From Verrucomicrobiota bacterium (lineage in GTDB: Bacteria; Verrucomicrobiota; Verrucomicrobiia; Limisphaerales; SXQI01): 52,367 nucleotides of DNA. The stretch covers positions 1 through 52,367 of the forward strand of contig JANRLX010000016.1 of the NCBI GenBank assembly GCA_033762115.1, read 5' to 3'. Below the pieces are notes generated by a model that saw nothing but the letters and a program-made list of their open reading frames with translations, did no database searches and had not been told where the DNA came from. The translations under genes and the position numbers were made by a program. Within the stretch, counting starts at the first letter, position 1, and every line of letters starts with the position of its first letter. Below are positions 49,680-52,367 of the stretch, piece after piece.

Positions 49680-50939
49680 ATGAAAATTAGCACCAATAAT
49701 CAGGGCCTCGCCTCTCGTCGGTCATTTCTTAAAAAAACCTCCCTCGCCACCCTTCTGGCCGGGCTCCCGGTTTCCTGGCGCGGAACTGTTTTCGCCAGCG
49801 ACGCTCCCGAAGTGTCACAGGTCCGTTTCGGAATGATCGCGCTCACTGATTGCTCCCCCATTGTCATCGCCCATGAAAAAGGGTTCTTTAAAAAATATGG
49901 AATCAACTCCGTTGTTGCCAAGGGCGCGAACTGGGCGGCAATTCGCGATTCCCTTTCCAGCGGTGACAACCAGGCCACGCACATGCTGATTGGCATGCCG
50001 ATTTCTTCCACCATGGGGCTGGGCGGCGGCGCCAGGAAATCCATGATCATTCCCTGGATTCTCAATCGCAACGGCCAATCCATCACCCTCAAGGCCTCCC
50101 TCAAAGGTGTCGTCAAGGATGATCCCAAAGCCCTCAAGCCGCTCGTGGAAAAAGCCGCTGCTGAAAAAATGACCTTCGCCATGACCTATCCATCCGGCAC
50201 TCACGCCATGTGGATGCGCTACTATCTGGGCGCGGGCGGCATCAACCCGGACAAGGATATTTCCCTCATTACCGTTCCCCCTCCACAAATGGTGGCCAAT
50301 ATGAAAATTGGCAAAATGGACGGCTTTTGCGTCGGTGAACCCTGGAACGCCCGCTCAATTCAGGATGGTATCGGTTTCACCTCCCTCAACACCCAGGACA
50401 TCTGGAAGGATCATCCTGAAAAAGTCTGCGCCTTCCTCGAAGAGTTTGCTGATAAAAATCCAAAAACCGTCTCCGCTGTTCTCAAAGCCCTGCATGAATC
50501 CAGCGTCTGGCTTGATCAACTCGATAATCGCAAGGAACAGGCTGACATCGTCAGTAAAGCCACTTACATCAATTGTCCCCCTGAAACCATCCTTGGCCGC
50601 ATGCTTGGTGATTACGACTTCGGCGATGGACGCACCAAAAAAGATCCCAACTACATGATCTTCAGCAGCCGCAACTGCAATTATCCTCAGTACAAATACG
50701 CCAAATGGTTTCTCACTCAATTCCGCCGCTGGGGTCTCACCACAGGCGCACCTGATTACGATGCCATTGCAAAACAGGTCATGCGTCCGGACCTTTATGA
50801 AAGCGCCATGAAGGAACTCGGCTACACCCATGGTGGCCCTGACAATTCACCCGAGACACTCTTCGACAATATTACGTTCGACCCCACCAAACCTGAGGAA
50901 TACGCAAAGTCATTTCCTGTTCACAGCCTCAAGGGATAA
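49680..50939 (+). CDS. NrtA/CmpA/CynA-family ABC substrate-binding protein (nitrate/nitrite, cyanate or bicarbonate)
   Basis: Tat signal SRRSFLK, ALTDCSP, PPPQMVANM, DGFCVGEPW and HPEK. Start set at ATG 49680. Confidence 0.9.
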   Translation: MKISTNNQGLASRRSFLKKTSLATLLAGLPVSWRGTVFASDAPEVSQVRFGMIALTDCSPIVIAHEKGFFKKYGINSVVAKGANWAAIRDSLSSGDNQATHMLIGMPISSTMGLGGGARKSMIIPWILNRNGQSITLKASLKGVVKDDPKALKPLVEKAAAEKMTFAMTYPSGTHAMWMRYYLGAGGINPDKDISLITVPPPQMVANMKIGKMDGFCVGEPWNARSIQDGIGFTSLNTQDIWKDHPEKVCAFLEEFADKNPKTVSAVLKALHESSVWLDQLDNRKEQADIVSKATYINCPPETILGRMLGDYDFGDGRTKKDPNYMIFSSRNCNYPQYKYAKWFLTQFRRWGLTTGAPDYDAIAKQVMRPDLYESAMKELGYTHGGPDNSPETLFDNITFDPTKPEEYAKSFPVHSLKG

Positions 50940-50943
50940 TATC

Positions 50944-51714
50944 ATGAGTAAATTTAAACTCGATTGGTTGGTCCTTCCGATTTTGGGCTGCATTCTCGTC
51001 CTCTTCTTGTGGGGACTCTCCAGCGCCACATGGACCAAGGAATTACCCTCCCCCGGCAAAACATGGGAACAGAGCAAGCTCTATGTTCAAAAACCCTTTG
51101 AAAAACGGGGCGAAATGGACCAGGGCATTCTCCGCTTCACTTGGTACTCCCTTGTCCTCGTGGCAAAAGGCTATGCCATCGCCCTCCTGATCGGCACACC
51201 CATCGGGTTCTTTCTCGGCCTCTCCAAGACGTTCACCAAGACCTTTGATCCATTGATCCAGGTCTTGCGTCCGGTCTCCCCTCTCGCATGGCTTCCGCTG
51301 GGTCTGGTTCTCTTTCAAAAACCTGGCCCCGCGGCCCTTTTCACCATCTCCGTTTGTGCCATGTGGCCCACTGTTTTGAACACAGCTGTCGGCGTCCGCG
51401 CCATTCCCCAGGATTACCTGAACGTCGCCCGCGTGCTCAAACTTTCCCGCACCAAAACTCTCTTTAAAGTACTTATTCCAGCCACGCTTCCCTATATGTT
51501 TACTGGGTTTCGATTAAGCTTGGGGATTGCGTGGCTGGTCATCGTTGCCGCTGAAATGCTCACCGGGGCTCCTGGGGTCGGTGGCTTCCTCTGGCAGGAA
51601 TACAACTCCCTCATCTATGAGCATATCATCCTCTGTATTCTCACCATCGGGATCGTTGGATTTACTCTTGATCGCTTGATGAGCCTCGTCGAGCAACGCT
51701 TCAAAACAGCATGA
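50944..51714 (+). CDS. nrtB: Nitrate-type ABC transporter permease (NrtB-like)
   Basis: [34 protein letters not shown] and [10 protein letters not shown]. Start set at ATG 50944. Confidence 0.88.
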   Translation: MSKFKLDWLVLPILGCILVLFLWGLSSATWTKELPSPGKTWEQSKLYVQKPFEKRGEMDQGILRFTWYSLVLVAKGYAIALLIGTPIGFFLGLSKTFTKTFDPLIQVLRPVSPLAWLPLGLVLFQKPGPAALFTISVCAMWPTVLNTAVGVRAIPQDYLNVARVLKLSRTKTLFKVLIPATLPYMFTGFRLSLGIAWLVIVAAEMLTGAPGVGGFLWQEYNSLIYEHIILCILTIGIVGFTLDRLMSLVEQRFKTA

Positions 51715-52367
51715 CCATGCCATTCCTCGAATTGAAGAACGTCTCCAAGTCCTTTGGAAACCGTCATGCCCGGACAGAAGTGCTCAAAGACATCAACCTC
51801 TCAATTAACAAAGGGGAATTCGTCGCCATTGTCGGCTACTCCGGCTCCGGGAAAACCACCCTCATCTCCCTGATCGGTGGTTTGCTTCAGCAGGATTCCG
51901 GCACCATGACCCTCAATGACCTTGAAATCACCAAACCCGGTCCGGACCGGGGCATCGTTTTCCAGAATTACTCACTCCTCCCCTGGATGACTGTTTACGA
52001 AAACATCTATCTTGCAGTCGAACAGGTTTTCCCGAACTGGTCTGCCGCGAAAAAAGCCAACCACACCGAAGAACATATCGCCCTCGTCAATCTGACCCCT
52101 GCCCGCAACAAACGCCCAGCTGAACTTTCCGGCGGGATGCGCCAGCGCGTTTCAGTCGCCCGCGCTCTGGCCATCGATCCACAGGTGCTCCTGCTTGATG
52201 AACCACTCGGTGCGCTCGATGCGCTCACCCGCGCCACGCTCCAGGAGGAAATCAGCCGCATTTGGGAGACCAACAAAAAAACCGTCGTGCTTATCACCAA
52301 TGATGTCGATGAAGGGCTGCTCCTCGCTGACCGGATCATCCCCTTGACTCCTGGTCCCGGCGCCACC
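51711..52367 (+). CDS. Nitrate-type ABC transporter ATP-binding protein (NrtC/D-like), truncated by the window end
   Basis: Manual translation [60 protein letters not shown] overlap with the permease stop. Confidence 0.9.
   Translation, partial: MTMPFLELKNVSKSFGNRHARTEVLKDINLSINKGEFVAIVGYSGSGKTTLISLIGGLLQQDSGTMTLNDLEITKPGPDRGIVFQNYSLLPWMTVYENIYLAVEQVFPNWSAAKKANHTEEHIALVNLTPARNKRPAELSGGMRQRVSVARALAIDPQVLLLDEPLGALDALTRATLQEEISRIWETNKKTVVLITNDVDEGLLLADRIIPLTPGPGAT

Noticed and set aside
1..52367. CRISPR arrays, tRNA/rRNA, IS elements, integrases, prophage or defence genes
   Set aside because: I saw no repeat-spacer periodicity, cloverleaf structures, transposase/integrase motifs or phage genes, and the intergenic gaps are short.

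Overview
A gene-dense bacterial chromosomal window with no mobile element, prophage, CRISPR array, tRNA or rRNA that I can see. Gene order (dnaB-bamA-skp; ilvE-mcsA-mcsB-clpC), an exosortase/EpsI/sugar-transferase operon, a PEP-CTERM protein and a secreted protein ending in a '...RFYR' domain suggest Verrucomicrobiota, probably subdivision 3 (inference). Recognisable loci include a kup K+ transporter behind a c-di-AMP (ydaO/yuaA-type) riboswitch, gltBD, a GH13, lgt-rluD, an outer-membrane protein plus Zn/Mn ABC operon convergent on a Cu+ P1B-ATPase, and an MsbA-like exporter. The window also carries a protein-arginine-kinase/ClpC module and a LysR regulator divergent from a sigma54-type NrtABC/CmpABC-family operon. 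The most notable items are the riboswitch with an apparent translational platform, a large modular GH9 gene split by a +1 frameshift that ends in a candidate lineage-specific secretion signal, and several candidate regulatory sites (sigma54, CsoR-like, LysR, DnaA-box array). All calls come from reading motifs by eye; no database searches were run.
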